Below are positions 1 to 12,200 of a DNA stretch of 61,214 nucleotides, piece after piece. Under the pieces are notes generated by a model. The model had not been told where the DNA came from and ran no database searches. It worked only from the letters and a program-made list of their open reading frames with translations. The stretch lies in IMG/VR virus record IMGVR_UViG_3300025887_000009; one strand, written 5' to 3'. Made by a program: the position numbers and the translations under genes. Positions within the stretch are counted from its first letter, which is position 1. Each line of letters starts with the position of its first letter. This stretch comes from a virus (Duplodnaviria > Heunggongvirae > Uroviricota > Caudoviricetes).

Positions 1-1164
1 CGCCGTGCTGTTGCGTATTATTACGATAATAACAAACCAGCCGACATGCTGAAATTTTTGCATCAATGGATGAAAGAACAAAAATACAGCAAACCTGATA
101 TTGACGCAGTTAAAACACTGTCATCTACTCACATTAATATCAACACATGTATTATTGCAAAATGCTTGTTGACCGGAATGCCTGCAGAGAATCCGCGCTG
201 GACTGATTATTGGACTTCTTTGCCGGGTACAATGAACGAGCCGCGCGATGCTAACGATCTTGTACGAGAAAAGATTGAAAAGGTAATTGCAATCGGTCGT
301 GCTAATCTTAAGAAAAAGAAAAAGGATGACTCAACATCAGCAAAAGCATACGTACCTACTATTCAGGAACGCATTACAGAACAAGCACAAGAAGCGGCTG
401 CTGACATTGACGAATGGCTAGATGGTTTTGTAACCGATCGTAAAAACTTTGATCCTAACAGTTTTGACTTTAAAGGTCATTTTGCAAAGATGAATGTGTC
501 ACAAGCACATGCTCGTAAGATTAAGGCGTTTTTTGCAGGAGAACTTGAAGAAATGCAAGAAGTTGCACAGATTCCGTCACCTGCTAAGATTCGTGCAATC
601 AAAGACGACTATGCGCGAGATCAGATTGAACAACTAAAAGAAGGCTATGCATATCTTAAGAAAGCTGACATTGCTAAAATGATCAAAGCAATTGAAAGTT
701 TGATGGGCACACTTGATATGATCATCGAAGAGTCAAAAGCAAAGCGCAAAAGTCCAGTACGGAAACCAAAGAGTGCAGACAAAGTTGTTGCAAAAGTCAA
801 ATACAAAGTCAAGGATGAGAAATACCAACTAGTTAGCGTCAATCCTATTGACATTGTTGGTGCTAACGAGCTGTGGGTGTTTAATACAAAGACCAGGAAG
901 CTTGGCAAATATGTTGCAATTAACCAAGACCCCAAAGGCATGAAACGCGAAGGCACAGGGTTAAGTGTCAAAGGCACAACAATCATCGGCTTTAAAGAGG
1001 ATGAAAGTATCCAACGTACCTTGCGCAAGCCCGAAGAACAGTTAAAAGAATTTAAAGCTGCTGGCAAGGTTAAATTGCGCACATTTATGGACACCGTGAA
1101 AACAATTGAGACAAAAATGAACGGACGCATTAACGCTGATACGATTTTGTTAAAGGTATCTTAA
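1..1164 (+). CDS. Hypothetical phage protein, 5'-truncated by window edge
   Basis: Frame is open from base 1 through the ATG at 46 to TAA 1164; lysine-rich C-terminal domain; no recognised motif. Confidence 0.75.
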   Translation, partial: RRAVAYYYDNNKPADMLKFLHQWMKEQKYSKPDIDAVKTLSSTHININTCIIAKCLLTGMPAENPRWTDYWTSLPGTMNEPRDANDLVREKIEKVIAIGRANLKKKKKDDSTSAKAYVPTIQERITEQAQEAAADIDEWLDGFVTDRKNFDPNSFDFKGHFAKMNVSQAHARKIKAFFAGELEEMQEVAQIPSPAKIRAIKDDYARDQIEQLKEGYAYLKKADIAKMIKAIESLMGTLDMIIEESKAKRKSPVRKPKSADKVVAKVKYKVKDEKYQLVSVNPIDIVGANELWVFNTKTRKLGKYVAINQDPKGMKREGTGLSVKGTTIIGFKEDESIQRTLRKPEEQLKEFKAAGKVKLRTFMDTVKTIETKMNGRINADTILLKVS

Positions 1165-1175
1165 CGCTGATCAGA

Positions 1176-1181
1176 TAAATA
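1176..1181 (+). promoter_or_regulatory. T4-type late promoter core TAAATA (probable leaderless transcript)
   Basis: gaTAAATAtcagtATG; ATG 1187 lies 5 nt downstream with no SD. Confidence 0.65.
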
Positions 1182-1186
1182 TCAGT

Positions 1187-2539
1187 ATGACCCAGCAAAA
1201 TGAATTACAAAATGCATTAACTATTATCGGCGGCGCAATCGAAAATGCTGCCAAGACAGTTGATGTGAGCACAATAAAACAGCTTGTGAGCACCGGAATC
1301 ACCGACCTCACAAGCAAGAAGACATTGTTAATAAAGGATGATGGAATTTATTCCGATCATGCACACATAAAACTCTTACACGGCGATGTTGGCGTTTTAG
1401 GAGGACTTAGAGTTGCAGGAGACTTAACTGCTCCTCAAATTGACGAAATTAACAATAAGCTAACTGAATTAAAAGTCGATCTCGACGAAGTAAGCCGCCG
1501 TCCGATGGTTGTTCCGGAGATGCTAGATCGCAGCATAAGCGGAAATAAAATCAGTGGCGGACGCATTGTTAAATTCCAAAGTACGGGTATAGTCGACGAA
1601 GCAACAGATTTTGTACTTAATGTTAACAATCACGGCATTACAGTAAAAAATGTTCATGCAGAGAGCTGGGTAGGCGATGCTGAGTTTACAGCAAACGTTC
1701 GTGTTGCTGGAGAATTATATGTTAACTCATTGCACATCAACAAACTTACGTCAGATAACAGATTAGAACGTTCTTCAAGTCTTGATTTTGTATCCGACGA
1801 CAATTCGTCAATTATAGGCAAGGGCCTTCGTTGGAGAGAAAACGACGAACCAAGTAAACAATTTATATTCCGCAATAATGATTCGCGTCTCTGGAGTTCT
1901 GAAGATATTGATCTACAAAAAGATCGAGTGTTTAGAATCAACAATAGAGAAGTGTTGTCAGATTCTGCACTTGGTTCGGGTATTGTAAAATCAAACTTAA
2001 CACAAGTAGGTGCGCTCCAGGGATTAACTGTACACGGTAATATGACTGTAGACGAATTCATGTTTTGGAATTCCGATTCAGGAAGATTAGGTATTGGCAC
2101 AGAAGAACCAAATGCCATGTTAAGTCTTGCAAGCTACGAAGCAGAGTTTATAATTGATGTCGATCAAGAAGAGGTTCGATTTGGTACGTGGACAACAGAT
2201 GATCTACATATTGTAACAGATGATACTGCTCGCATAACAGTTTCAAAATCAGGCACAATTACATTAGGTACAAAAGATAGACCAACAAAAACAGTAGCGT
2301 ACGGTAACTTAAACGTAAACGTAACTAATTCATCAAACGACGTAGACATCGAGACAGCTGGACCGGTTAGGCTTAATGGCAAGAAATTTGAAGTTGGGTC
2401 AGCTGCGCCAAAAGCAGGTGCATATTCACTCGGAGATATTGTATGGAATGATGCACCAAAATCTACTAGTTATATCGGATGGGTCTGTACTCGAACTGGC
2501 ACACCCGGTATGTGGAAACCATTTGGGCAGATAGGATAA
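1187..2539 (+). CDS. Putative virion/tail-fibre-like protein
   Basis: 450 aa, beta-strand rich, RLGIGTEEP fibre-type motif, C-terminal GDIVWN...GWVC..GTPG.WK.FG module; follows late promoter. Confidence 0.55.
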   Translation: MTQQNELQNALTIIGGAIENAAKTVDVSTIKQLVSTGITDLTSKKTLLIKDDGIYSDHAHIKLLHGDVGVLGGLRVAGDLTAPQIDEINNKLTELKVDLDEVSRRPMVVPEMLDRSISGNKISGGRIVKFQSTGIVDEATDFVLNVNNHGITVKNVHAESWVGDAEFTANVRVAGELYVNSLHINKLTSDNRLERSSSLDFVSDDNSSIIGKGLRWRENDEPSKQFIFRNNDSRLWSSEDIDLQKDRVFRINNREVLSDSALGSGIVKSNLTQVGALQGLTVHGNMTVDEFMFWNSDSGRLGIGTEEPNAMLSLASYEAEFIIDVDQEEVRFGTWTTDDLHIVTDDTARITVSKSGTITLGTKDRPTKTVAYGNLNVNVTNSSNDVDIETAGPVRLNGKKFEVGSAAPKAGAYSLGDIVWNDAPKSTSYIGWVCTRTGTPGMWKPFGQIG

Positions 2540-2889
2540 TGCTCGCACTATTAAAAGATCCGCTTTTCTACGTAATTGCAATAAAATTCTTCATCGCAAT
2601 AATGTTCATTGTTGCATTTATTTGTATTTTTTATTATCCAATGTTAATGCACGAATGGATCATTGCATTACTAATCACAAGCGTAACAACTGTAGCCTTT
2701 ATTTTTTGGTGGTGGTTATATACTACTGTCAGAATGACATATGACAAATATGCTAGAATATCAGAAGAATTACAAACTGTGTTTCAATTATTAAAAGAGA
2801 CACAAGAACTTCTTAAATTAAGAGCAGAGGAAGTAACCCATGACCACCATAACGATCTTGGGAAACGGAGAGAGTCGACAACAGATTGA
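2539..2889 (+). CDS. Membrane protein with two TM helices and a coiled-coil tail
   Basis: ATG 2539 overlaps upstream TAA (TAATG); two hydrophobic segments. Confidence 0.6.
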   Translation: MLALLKDPLFYVIAIKFFIAIMFIVAFICIFYYPMLMHEWIIALLITSVTTVAFIFWWWLYTTVRMTYDKYARISEELQTVFQLLKETQELLKLRAEEVTHDHHNDLGKRRESTTD

Positions 2890-3436
2890 TCCTGCCAAAT
2901 TAACAGGAACAATTATCGGGTGTAATGCAATTGTGCGCGATCTTGCAGTCGATCATCTAATTTGCGTAGATCGGAAGATGGTAACAGAAGCATTGGGTTT
3001 TCGGCATCCTTGCATTTACACTAGGGCAGATTGGTCAAATTCTTTCAAAGGCGTAAAAACTGTTCCTAATTTACCTTATTTTGGCACAGAAAGATATGAT
3101 GATCCTTTTCATTGGGGGAGCGGACCATATGCTGTGCTCTTAGGCTGCATATTAGCAGGCACAGTGCACCTGGTCGGATTTGACTTATACAGTACCACCA
3201 AACACATCAACAACGCTTATAAGGGCACTAAAAATTATAACAAAGAAGATCACCGTGCAATAGATCCTAGATACTGGATTGCACAACTAGAACGATTGTT
3301 TACGCATTACAGCAATCACACATTTGTCATTCATCAGCCAGTAGGATGGAAACTCCCAGATAGCTGGAAGAAACCAAATGTTTCACTTGACAACTCGTTG
3401 TTTATTAAGTATAATGAGAGTATTAAGGAGACATAA
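2840..3436 (+). CDS. DUF115/Maf/MptE-like Rossmann-fold protein (possible sugar transferase)
   Basis: ILGNGESR, IGCNA, D.L..VD, SG..A, L.GFD motifs typical of this fold. Confidence 0.5.
   Translation: MTTITILGNGESRQQIDPAKLTGTIIGCNAIVRDLAVDHLICVDRKMVTEALGFRHPCIYTRADWSNSFKGVKTVPNLPYFGTERYDDPFHWGSGPYAVLLGCILAGTVHLVGFDLYSTTKHINNAYKGTKNYNKEDHRAIDPRYWIAQLERLFTHYSNHTFVIHQPVGWKLPDSWKKPNVSLDNSLFIKYNESIKET
3387..3415 (+). promoter_or_regulatory. Sigma70-type promoter for queD
   Basis: TTGACA-17 nt-TATAAT, perfect consensus; AAGGAG SD before ATG 3436. Confidence 0.8.
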
Positions 3437-3930
3437 TGGCAAAATATTATTCAACAAAAAAGTACGGCAATGATAGAGGTTTATCATGTTGCTTTCGTCA
3501 GTGGCGTGCAACACATTCGCATTGCAGTTTAGTTCATGGTTACTCAATCGGTATTGAGTTAGTATTTTCTAGCGAAACACTAGACGACAGAAACTGGGTT
3601 ATGGATTTCGGTGGCTTGAAACCATTTAAAGAATGGGCAGACAAGATGTTCGATCACACGTTGCTAATTGCAGCAGATGATCCTCAGCTAGAAGTGTTTA
3701 AGCAGCTAAACGCAATTTCAGGCGGACACAACGACATGGGTGTTTGCGATTTGCGCATTGTTGATCACATTGGTTGTGAAGCATTTTCTAAAATGGCTTA
3801 CGATAAGATGAATGAATTGCTGCAAGAATTTAAAAGCGGCGGCGGACGTTATCCTGCAGGACAAGGAGTTGAACTAGTTAGTGTACGTGTATTTGAGCAC
3901 GATGCCAATAGTGCTACATACGAAGGCTGA
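3436..3930 (+). CDS. queD: 6-carboxy-5,6,7,8-tetrahydropterin synthase (QueD/PTPS family)
   Basis: CSLVHGY (CxxxHG), WVMDFGGLK, FDHTLL, VRVFE motifs. Confidence 0.88.
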   Translation: MAKYYSTKKYGNDRGLSCCFRQWRATHSHCSLVHGYSIGIELVFSSETLDDRNWVMDFGGLKPFKEWADKMFDHTLLIAADDPQLEVFKQLNAISGGHNDMGVCDLRIVDHIGCEAFSKMAYDKMNELLQEFKSGGGRYPAGQGVELVSVRVFEHDANSATYEG

Positions 3931-3932
3931 TT

Positions 3933-4772
3933 ATGGTCAAGAAGTATTTCCCCAATGAGACAAAAGAACAACGCAGAAAACGAAAGCGTATCGAAAAAGA
4001 CAACCTCGTATCTGATTTCTCCCTCATAGAGGCTAAGCCTGATACTACAAATTTTTCGGGCTCTTCGCGGTATGTAGTTTGTCTCAAGCACGGAAACAAA
4101 TACGGTGCAGACTATGTAAATAATTTGCACCGTATGGTCAAACGCAATCTAACATTAGAATATACCTTTGTATGCTTTACAGAAGACGCGTCGGGCATCG
4201 ACGATGACATTACAATCATGCCGTTGCCAGTATTGCCTGTGCAAGGTTGGTGGTATAAGCCCATGTTTTTTGATCCAGATCTTGGATTAGAAGGCACTAT
4301 CTTGTTTATGGATCTAGACTTAATTGTATTTCGTAATATAGACAATTTGTTTACTTACGAACCTGATAAATTTTGCATCATACGCGACTTTAATCGGATG
4401 TCTGTTAAAAATTACAAAAAGATGAATTCCAGTGTATTTAGATTAAACACAGGCCAATGCAAGCATGTTTACACTGACTTTATAAAAGACCCAAAACTAA
4501 ATTCCAGAAGACATCATGGAGACCAGGAATGGATCTTTGCAAAATTAATGAACACTCCAGAGGTATACAAATATTGGCCGGACGAATGGATACAGAGTTA
4601 TAAATGGGAAATGAGAGGGAAACCTCAAATGACTCGAGACTCTCAAGGCAAACGAAACTTTGCTGTTGCAGGCAAACCTAAAGTCTTACCGCAAACTTCT
4701 ATCGCAGTGTTCCACGGTGATCCTAATCCCCATAACTGCATTGACGAATGGTGCAAACAGAATTGGAAATGA
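3933..4772 (+). CDS. GT-A fold glycosyltransferase (GT8-like)
   Basis: KYGADYV, FVCFTE, LFMDLD (DxD), NSSV, GDQ, VFHGDPNP motifs. Confidence 0.75.
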   Translation: MVKKYFPNETKEQRRKRKRIEKDNLVSDFSLIEAKPDTTNFSGSSRYVVCLKHGNKYGADYVNNLHRMVKRNLTLEYTFVCFTEDASGIDDDITIMPLPVLPVQGWWYKPMFFDPDLGLEGTILFMDLDLIVFRNIDNLFTYEPDKFCIIRDFNRMSVKNYKKMNSSVFRLNTGQCKHVYTDFIKDPKLNSRRHHGDQEWIFAKLMNTPEVYKYWPDEWIQSYKWEMRGKPQMTRDSQGKRNFAVAGKPKVLPQTSIAVFHGDPNPHNCIDEWCKQNWK

Positions 4773-4773
4773 T

Positions 4774-5064
4774 ATGATAAATCTTAATAAACATAAAGAC
4801 ATGTTTGCCCGCAGTCCTCGTAATAAAAATTCAGACATTGATCTTTTATCAACCAAAGTCAAAAAGCATAAGCGCATATATAGTCCTTTTGTGAGAGATT
4901 TCTTTTCAGGTAAGAGAATGTTTCTTAAAGAAGCCGTTGAAATACTTGTTGAATATAATGTATTAGTAGGCTGGGAGGATTACGATAACGAAAGATGGCA
5001 TGTACATTACCAAAGGGTCTTTGTAAATCCAACAAGATACACTTCTTTATTGCTTAATTCATAA
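4774..5064 (+). CDS. Hypothetical protein
   Basis: ATG 4774 immediately after upstream stop; fills the gap before the next late promoter. Confidence 0.5.
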   Translation: MINLNKHKDMFARSPRNKNSDIDLLSTKVKKHKRIYSPFVRDFFSGKRMFLKEAVEILVEYNVLVGWEDYDNERWHVHYQRVFVNPTRYTSLLLNS

Positions 5065-5071
5065 ATACTGT

Positions 5072-5365
5072 ATGAATTATTTAAACAGAATGTACGGACG
5101 TGGTACTCCGCCTCCTACTAAATCAGAAAAGAACCCTAACAGAGTTGCCGGTGGCATTAGAGGACAAGGCGGCGACGCTTTTGAAATTATTGCCGAAGAC
5201 GGTACAATGCAGAAGATCCCTACACAGAGATATGTACAAAGTCTAGAAGAACAGATTAAAGTACAACGTGGGGTAATAGCTGTATTAGAAAAGAAAATGA
5301 ACCGCATGACAAGATCAGTAGAAACCCTTGAAGGGCATATGTCTCGTTTAAGCGGAAGAGGATAA
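5072..5365 (+). CDS. Hypothetical protein with C-terminal coiled coil
   Basis: Preceded by TAAATA 5062-5067, 4 nt from ATG. Confidence 0.7.
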   Translation: MNYLNRMYGRGTPPPTKSEKNPNRVAGGIRGQGGDAFEIIAEDGTMQKIPTQRYVQSLEEQIKVQRGVIAVLEKKMNRMTRSVETLEGHMSRLSGRG

Positions 5366-5367
5366 TT

Positions 5368-5550
5368 ATGGATTACGTAACTAAAATTAAAGAATGGGCA
5401 ACAGCTCGTGCAAAAGAAATATCAACTCTAGACGGAAGTGTTCTTGTAGCAGTTGGAATTTGCGCCTTGGTGTTAAAACCTTTTATGGGCATTATCAGTA
5501 TTGGCGCTATTGCATACGGAGCATGGCGAATCTTTACAAAGGAAAGTTAA
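5368..5550 (+). CDS. Small membrane protein
   Basis: GAGG SD; 60 aa with two hydrophobic segments. Confidence 0.65.
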   Translation: MDYVTKIKEWATARAKEISTLDGSVLVAVGICALVLKPFMGIISIGAIAYGAWRIFTKES

Positions 5551-5834
5551 AGCTTTCCTATCGGCTTACTACTTGAGGCGCGGAGGTTCCATATTGATCT
5601 CTTCTCCGCGCCCCTTTTTTGCGCAAATCGTTTTGCGTCACAATTAGAACAAACATGAAAATAGTTGTTAGTAAGTCTTTTGGGATCCATTTTACGGCGA
5701 TTGCGTTCAAACACTTTGCTACAAGAATCGCAGCGTAATATCACCACAGTTGATTCACGAGTATAAGAATGCTCATGTCCGTTTTTACTCACACGGATGT
5801 GAGTGTTTTTTTCTATACGCTCGCCTAGGATCAT
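5547..5834 (-). CDS. Small zinc-ribbon protein
   Basis: CDSC and CSNC pairs; own minus-strand TAAATA at 5839-5844, 4 nt before ATG. Confidence 0.7.
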   Translation of the reverse strand: MILGERIEKNTHIRVSKNGHEHSYTRESTVVILRCDSCSKVFERNRRKMDPKRLTNNYFHVCSNCDAKRFAQKRGAEKRSIWNLRASSSKPIGKL

Positions 5835-5838
5835 ACTG

Positions 5839-5874
5839 TATTTACATTAAGCTTACAAACAATACATATAAATA
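5839..5874. promoter_or_regulatory. Back-to-back divergent late promoters
   Basis: TAAATA on minus strand (5839-5844) and TATAAATA on plus strand (5867-5874). Confidence 0.65.
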
Positions 5875-5893
5875 CAATAGAAGGAAATATACT

Positions 5894-6247
5894 ATGATTT
5901 TAAACCTCACCGAATCAGCAAATAAAAAAATCAACTCGCTATGCAGCGCCAAAGAATGCTTTGGAGTTACCCTTAACGTTAAGGGCGGCGGTTGTGCTGG
6001 GTTCGAATACGATTGGGGCTTCGTAACAGAAGATGAAGTAGAAAGCACAGACGAAGTGATTAACACCGGAACTGGCAACCTCGTTGTCGGCAAGGAAAGT
6101 GTTATGTTTTTACTCGGATCAACAGTAAACTATAAAGAAGAAATATTTGGTGCTATGTTTGATATTGTTAATCCAGCTGCATCAAGTGCATGTGGATGCG
6201 GTACCAGTTTTAACATGGATCCAAGCATATTAGCAAGTAAATTTTAA
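5894..6247 (+). CDS. iscA: IscA/HesB family Fe-S cluster carrier
   Basis: LTESA, KGGGCAGFEY and NP...CGCGTSF motifs; AAGGA SD before ATG 5894. Confidence 0.9.
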   Translation: MILNLTESANKKINSLCSAKECFGVTLNVKGGGCAGFEYDWGFVTEDEVESTDEVINTGTGNLVVGKESVMFLLGSTVNYKEEIFGAMFDIVNPAASSACGCGTSFNMDPSILASKF

Positions 6248-6258
6248 CGGAGTAATTA

Positions 6259-9200
6259 ATGGCTAAGCAGATAATCGATATTGGCGTAGAAGGCAATGAC
6301 GGAACAGGTGACGCACTGCGCGAATCATTCCGCAAAGCAAATGAAAATTTTACAGAGCTGTACGCAGCGTTCGGTGTCGAAGGACAACTTACGTTCGAAA
6401 ACCTAAGTGATACGCCTGAATCATTTATTGATAATGAGAATAAAGTTCCTGTTGTTAGCCCAACAAGTGATTCATTAGTATTTAGAGAATTTGTTTCTAA
6501 TGGTTTTCTTACTGATGACATTGCAGATGACACCGTACGCTTTGATTTCACAACAGATGGTAAGATTGTTGTAACAACACGTAACTCAGCAGTGATTGAT
6601 GACAAATCTCCTGCAATCGGCGGTCCTCTTAACAGTTCCAGTTTTGCAATAGGCAACGTAGGAACAACAGAAGAAGATCTGCAAAACTTTCTTACTAAGC
6701 ATAGCGGAACCTTTGAAGTACAAGATCTCGTTCCTGATATTAAGTATGTTGACGAAAACTTTTTAACTAGAGGCAGCCCTGGCGAACAAGCAAACGTAAG
6801 AAGCGAACCAGGTAACATAAGCGAATACACGCTTACAATTTCTGGCTTTAGCAGCAATGATGCTACAGTAGCCGATCACGGACTTACTACTGCAAGTACA
6901 GGCGCTGCATACACTTATTCAAGCACCGGTACTGATGCTACAAATTTAACATCTGATACTGTTTATTATGTTCGTCGTCAAGGAGCCAATGCTATCGGGC
7001 TATATCCCACAGCAGACGATGCCATTGCAGATACTAACCAGATTGTTGTATCCGGCGGCTCTGGCACACAGACATTGGTTAATAGCGAATACGATAGTGA
7101 ATTGTTTGGCAACTGGCTCGGTAACGAAGCACTACCGCGTGATAGCGTTGTTCGTCGCCAAGGTGATCAAATGGCTGGTGATTTTTATCTAAATGATCAC
7201 CCCGGTAGTCTTGCCGGCACAATAGGCGCAGGCGGTCTAGAAGATTACAAAGCTGCTACAAAATTTTATGTGGACCAAAACAGTTATTATTCGCCATCTA
7301 GTATCTATGTAAGCACCATCGGTGATGATACAATGGCCGGGGTCCCACTTCCGGACCATGGCAGATCGCAGCAATCTGCGTATGCTTCTATTAACAAAGC
7401 TTGCGAAAAAGCAGAAGAGATTATGCTAGCATCTCCAGCAGAGCCGGGTCCGTACATGCAATCCATTCGTTATAACGAATCTGCCGATGCATCATTTACT
7501 ACTTCGACTGGCATTAAGACTATAGTTCCAGGCAGACTTCCTATTAAGACATTAATCGACTTGAACAAAGAATTCATGATCGAAGAAGCCATTGCATACA
7601 CTTCTGTAACGTATCCAGATTTCATATACAACGAAGCTACATGGCGTGATAATATAGATTTTATGATCAAAGCTATTGTACTTGATACATTATCTGGTAC
7701 TAATGCAAACACCCTGAGTAGAACAGCAGGTCTACGTTATTATTCAAGCCCAGCAGCGCAACGTGCAATTAGCGAAGAATTGACTCAAACCATTGCTGTT
7801 ATTAACAAAGTTAAAGTATTAGCAAATGACGTAATACAAAATAACACAATCACATCTCTTCAAACAGGCGATGCATTAATTACGCAGACTATCGACCTAG
7901 GCGAAACTGTAGACGCAACTGGTATTTCATCTGTTGCTGCTAAATTTGAAATCATCAAAGATATCATTGCAGATGGGCCGCTTCTTGCTCCTGAAATCGT
8001 TGACGGCTCTGTATACGAAATTGAATTTAGCAACGGTGGCACAGGAAACGTAGACCAAGGCAAACCATCCAACACCGACTTACTGCCGGGTAAAGTTGTA
8101 CGCGGTAAAGCATCAGGTGCTCTTGGACGTATTGTGACTTACTCTCGTGATACTGACGTCGGGGTTGCAGACTCATTGGAACTAGTGTTGCTAGAACCTG
8201 TAGAATTTGAAGTAAATGAAGAATTAGAATTTGGTAACCTTGTTAACAATTCACAAGTAACGATATTAATCGAATCAGGAATTTATTACGAAGACCTGCC
8301 AATTAAAGTACCTGCTAACGTATCAATAAAAGGCAGCGAATTTAGACGCGTAATTATACGTCCTGCGGATCGTGCTTCGCAATCTCGCTGGGCAAACACT
8401 TATTTCTATCGTGATTTAGAATTCGACGGACTAACAGGCGGCGTAGATAGTATAACCGGCATCGGCGATCCCGGATTGCCTACTGCTGGTACAGCATATA
8501 CTAATCCAGTAACTAACGATGTTGATGGATATTTTGGTAGACATTATCTTTATGATCCAACTGCTGATGTTAATGTATCTAATTTCGGTGCAACTAACGT
8601 AGGTGAATATAATGATGCTGCCGAACTAATCAATCGTAACAGAGCATTTATCATCGAAGAAGTGTTTCAATATATCGAGGCAACTTATCCTACACTTACA
8701 TATAATTTTACAAAATGTCGTAGAGATGTCGGATTAATTCTTGATGCTATTATTTCTGACTTAATTAATGGCGGTCGTAAAAATACATTACGTGCCCAAG
8801 GTGCATATTTTTACCAAGGCACTGATTTAGTTCGAGGCGATCAAGCAGACGAAACTGAAGATTCGATTAATTATATTAAAACCATTGCAGCCGATGTATT
8901 AGCAAATACTGCATTTACTGCACTCGGAACAGTTGATCAGGTAATCGACACAGATTACACTATAAGTGGTAATGCAATTACTACGTTTAACTCGCTTGTG
9001 TCTCTTGTAACATATGCATTTGATCCTGCGTATAATCCACCAAGACATAACAGAGATCTCGATGTTTTCCTAATGAATGATGCCACTGTTTTAAGAAATG
9101 TAACAGTTCAAGGTCAAGGCGGATTCATGATGGTTCTTGACCCTGATGGTCAAATACTTACTAAAACACCGTATTGCCAAACCGGTTCGTCATTTTCCCA

Positions 9201-12200
9201 AAGTCTTAACAGACAAGCATTCCGTGGCGGCATGTTAGTTGACGCCTTTGCTTCTAATATTCCAATAACAGTTGACTCAAAAGCAGATGCATTCACATTA
9301 AATGTTAGCAGTCCTGCTGGAACAGGATTATTTGTTAGACGTCCACAAACACCGGCGCCATTTTACATAGACGGAATACGTTTCCAAGTTAATTCTATTA
9401 CTAATTATGATCAACAATCAGGAACATGTACTCTATTAATTAGTGATTCAACAAATGATAGTAACGGATTTACCGGAGTAACTAGCGTCTCTGCAACAGG
9501 AGTCGATTTAGATTCGTTGCCCGTTTCTATTACATTACAAACCGCAGGTAACAGATCTGCCTTAGCCAATAACTTTACGCAAATAAACGATCTCGGTTAT
9601 GGATTAATATGTACAAACGGCGGAACATCTGAGATTGTATCTCAGTTTACGTACTATTGCTGGTCATCGTCGTATTCTAAAAATGGTTCAGAAATTAGAT
9701 CTCTAAACAGTTCTAGTGCATACGGCGAATACGGCCTGATTGCCGAAGGTGCAGATCCAAACGAAATCCCAGACTCGGTTACATTACGTAACAACATGCT
9801 ACAGCCATTTAAGACATTTGAGTCAGAAGTTACACTAACACTAACCGGCGTTGTTTCTGTAGTAGCAGGCGAAACATTAACGCAGGCAGTAAGTGGCGCA
9901 ACCGGTGACGTAATTTTCGATACCGATGCTAACCAAGTGTATCTTACAAATACTTCGGGTACATTTGATACTTCTAATACTATCACAGGATCAACATCTG
10001 GCGCGCTAGGTGCAGCAAGTGTACCAACAATTGCGTCTGCAACAGCAGCAACTAATACGCTTAACGGACTTACGTTGTATGTTTATGATTTAGATTATAA
10101 ACCACAGAACCGTAGCGAAATAGACATGATACACGATAGCGGAACAATTGCACGTTACGAAGTATCAAATGTACAATTACAAACTGACATTATTGTCGGA
10201 GGCATAATTGATCCGACATACACAGGTGGCACAGGCACAGGCGCTGAATTTAACGTTAAGAAAACCGTTGATAACGGCTACATCGTGGACGTAGTAAATG
10301 GCGGCACTTCTTATCTAGTGTCGGATACAATAACAATAGACGGTGCAGACTTAGGCGGAATTACTTCAACAAACGATCTTGTAATAACTGTCACAACTGT
10401 TGATGCAGGTGCAATTACTGAGTACACTGTTGCAGGCACTGTTGCTACAAATACCGATACTCCTAACAAAGATGGTCAAGTTTACAAACTTAACTTTACT
10501 ACCGGTAGTGCAGGATTCTCTGAGGGCGGTCTTGTTGAAGCAACTGCATCTAACGTACCAGGTACATTAAGACAAAACGGGGTATTTGTTCTTAATGATG
10601 TATTTGATCAAAATACACTAATCAGCAATCCAGGTGCAGCTATTGTGCTCGATAGCACACCTACTACAACTTATCGTTCAATTGCATTTGCAGCAACAGA
10701 ATCCACCGGCGAAGACCTTGCAACAGATTCGGTATTAGCAACGTTTGACACAAATTACGACTACGTTCGATTAATTGTAGATAGCACCGAAGCAGCTAAT
10801 GCTGATCCACGTGGCGGTGGCGGTACAATGGGTAACAGTGTAGGCGATACTATTATTGCCGTTGAACCATTAGACGAAACTGCTATTGCTAGAATAAATG
10901 CAGGCGACTTAGTATTTGGCTGGGACGGGAAACTTCATCGCATAGCAACCTATACCGACCGTACAACATATGCTACTATTGAATTTACTGATGTCGACGG
11001 TAGTGATATTATTAATGCTGCATCTTCATCGAGCGGTCTTATTACATCTGCTGTGCAAGGCATTCAGACTATCACGCTAAGAGCGGGACTAGTTTCCGGG
11101 GCAGAAGCAGACATTACAGCCAATGTATCTACATGTCGTGCCACAGGTCACGACTTCCTTAATGTTGGCACAGGCGGATTTAACACTTCAAACTATCCTA
11201 ATGTCCTATTAGGCTTGCCACGCGATCCGGCACAAGCAAATGAAGTTAATGAACGTAACAAAGGACGTGTCTTCTACGTATCAACAGACCAAGATGGTTT
11301 CTTCCGCGTGGGTCGGTTCTTTACAGTTGATCAAGGCACTGGTACTGTTACATTTGCAGCATCTATTGCGCTGTCAAACCTAGACGGAATCGGTTTCAAA
11401 CGTGGTGTTGTTGTTGCTGAATTTAGTACAGACACTAGCATGGGTGCAAATGCAACAGATGTTGTTCCTGTCCAAAGTGCTGTTCGCGGATATGTTAATA
11501 GACGATTAGGATTTGATCATAACGGTGTTGCTGTTAATAATACTATCGGACCAGGTGTGGTCGCAGCAGATGGCGGCGAATTAGCAAGTGATCTTAATGC
11601 TGCTAGTTTTAAAATTACAAGTCTCGGAGCACCTAGCCAAGGCAGCGATGCAGCAACAAAGAATTACGTTGATCAAGGTTTTGTAAGAATTAGTGCATTT
11701 GGTGACATAAGAAACGTTTTCGAAGGCACGTGGACTGGTGATCAATTGTTAGTTGCTTCGGGATTAAAGAGAATCTTTGTTAACGAAGTAGCAAATGGAC
11801 CATTTGTTCCAGGTGATGTGTTTACTACAATAGGCGGAAAGCAAGGTACAGTTGTCGAAGTAGAAACAATATCAAATGACATCATCTACGGTGATGCTGT
11901 GACATTGTCATATGTTCCTGATTTAGGAGTAATTGCAGAAGAAGAAGAAATCACTTCCGGATCAAAAACCGCTAACGTATTAGCTGGACCGTTTGATGAA
12001 ATTACAAATGCTACCGTTGCCGGCGACATTGAAGCTAGTGTAACAAGATCGACCGGATCTACGTCAATCGACTTATCACTTGTAGCAAATACAATCATCA
12101 ATAATGACATTAATGCAAGTGCAGCAATTGCGCAAAGTAAGTTGGATCTAAACGCAGCAACCACAAGAGCAAATGCTACAGGTATTTCACAAAATGATTT

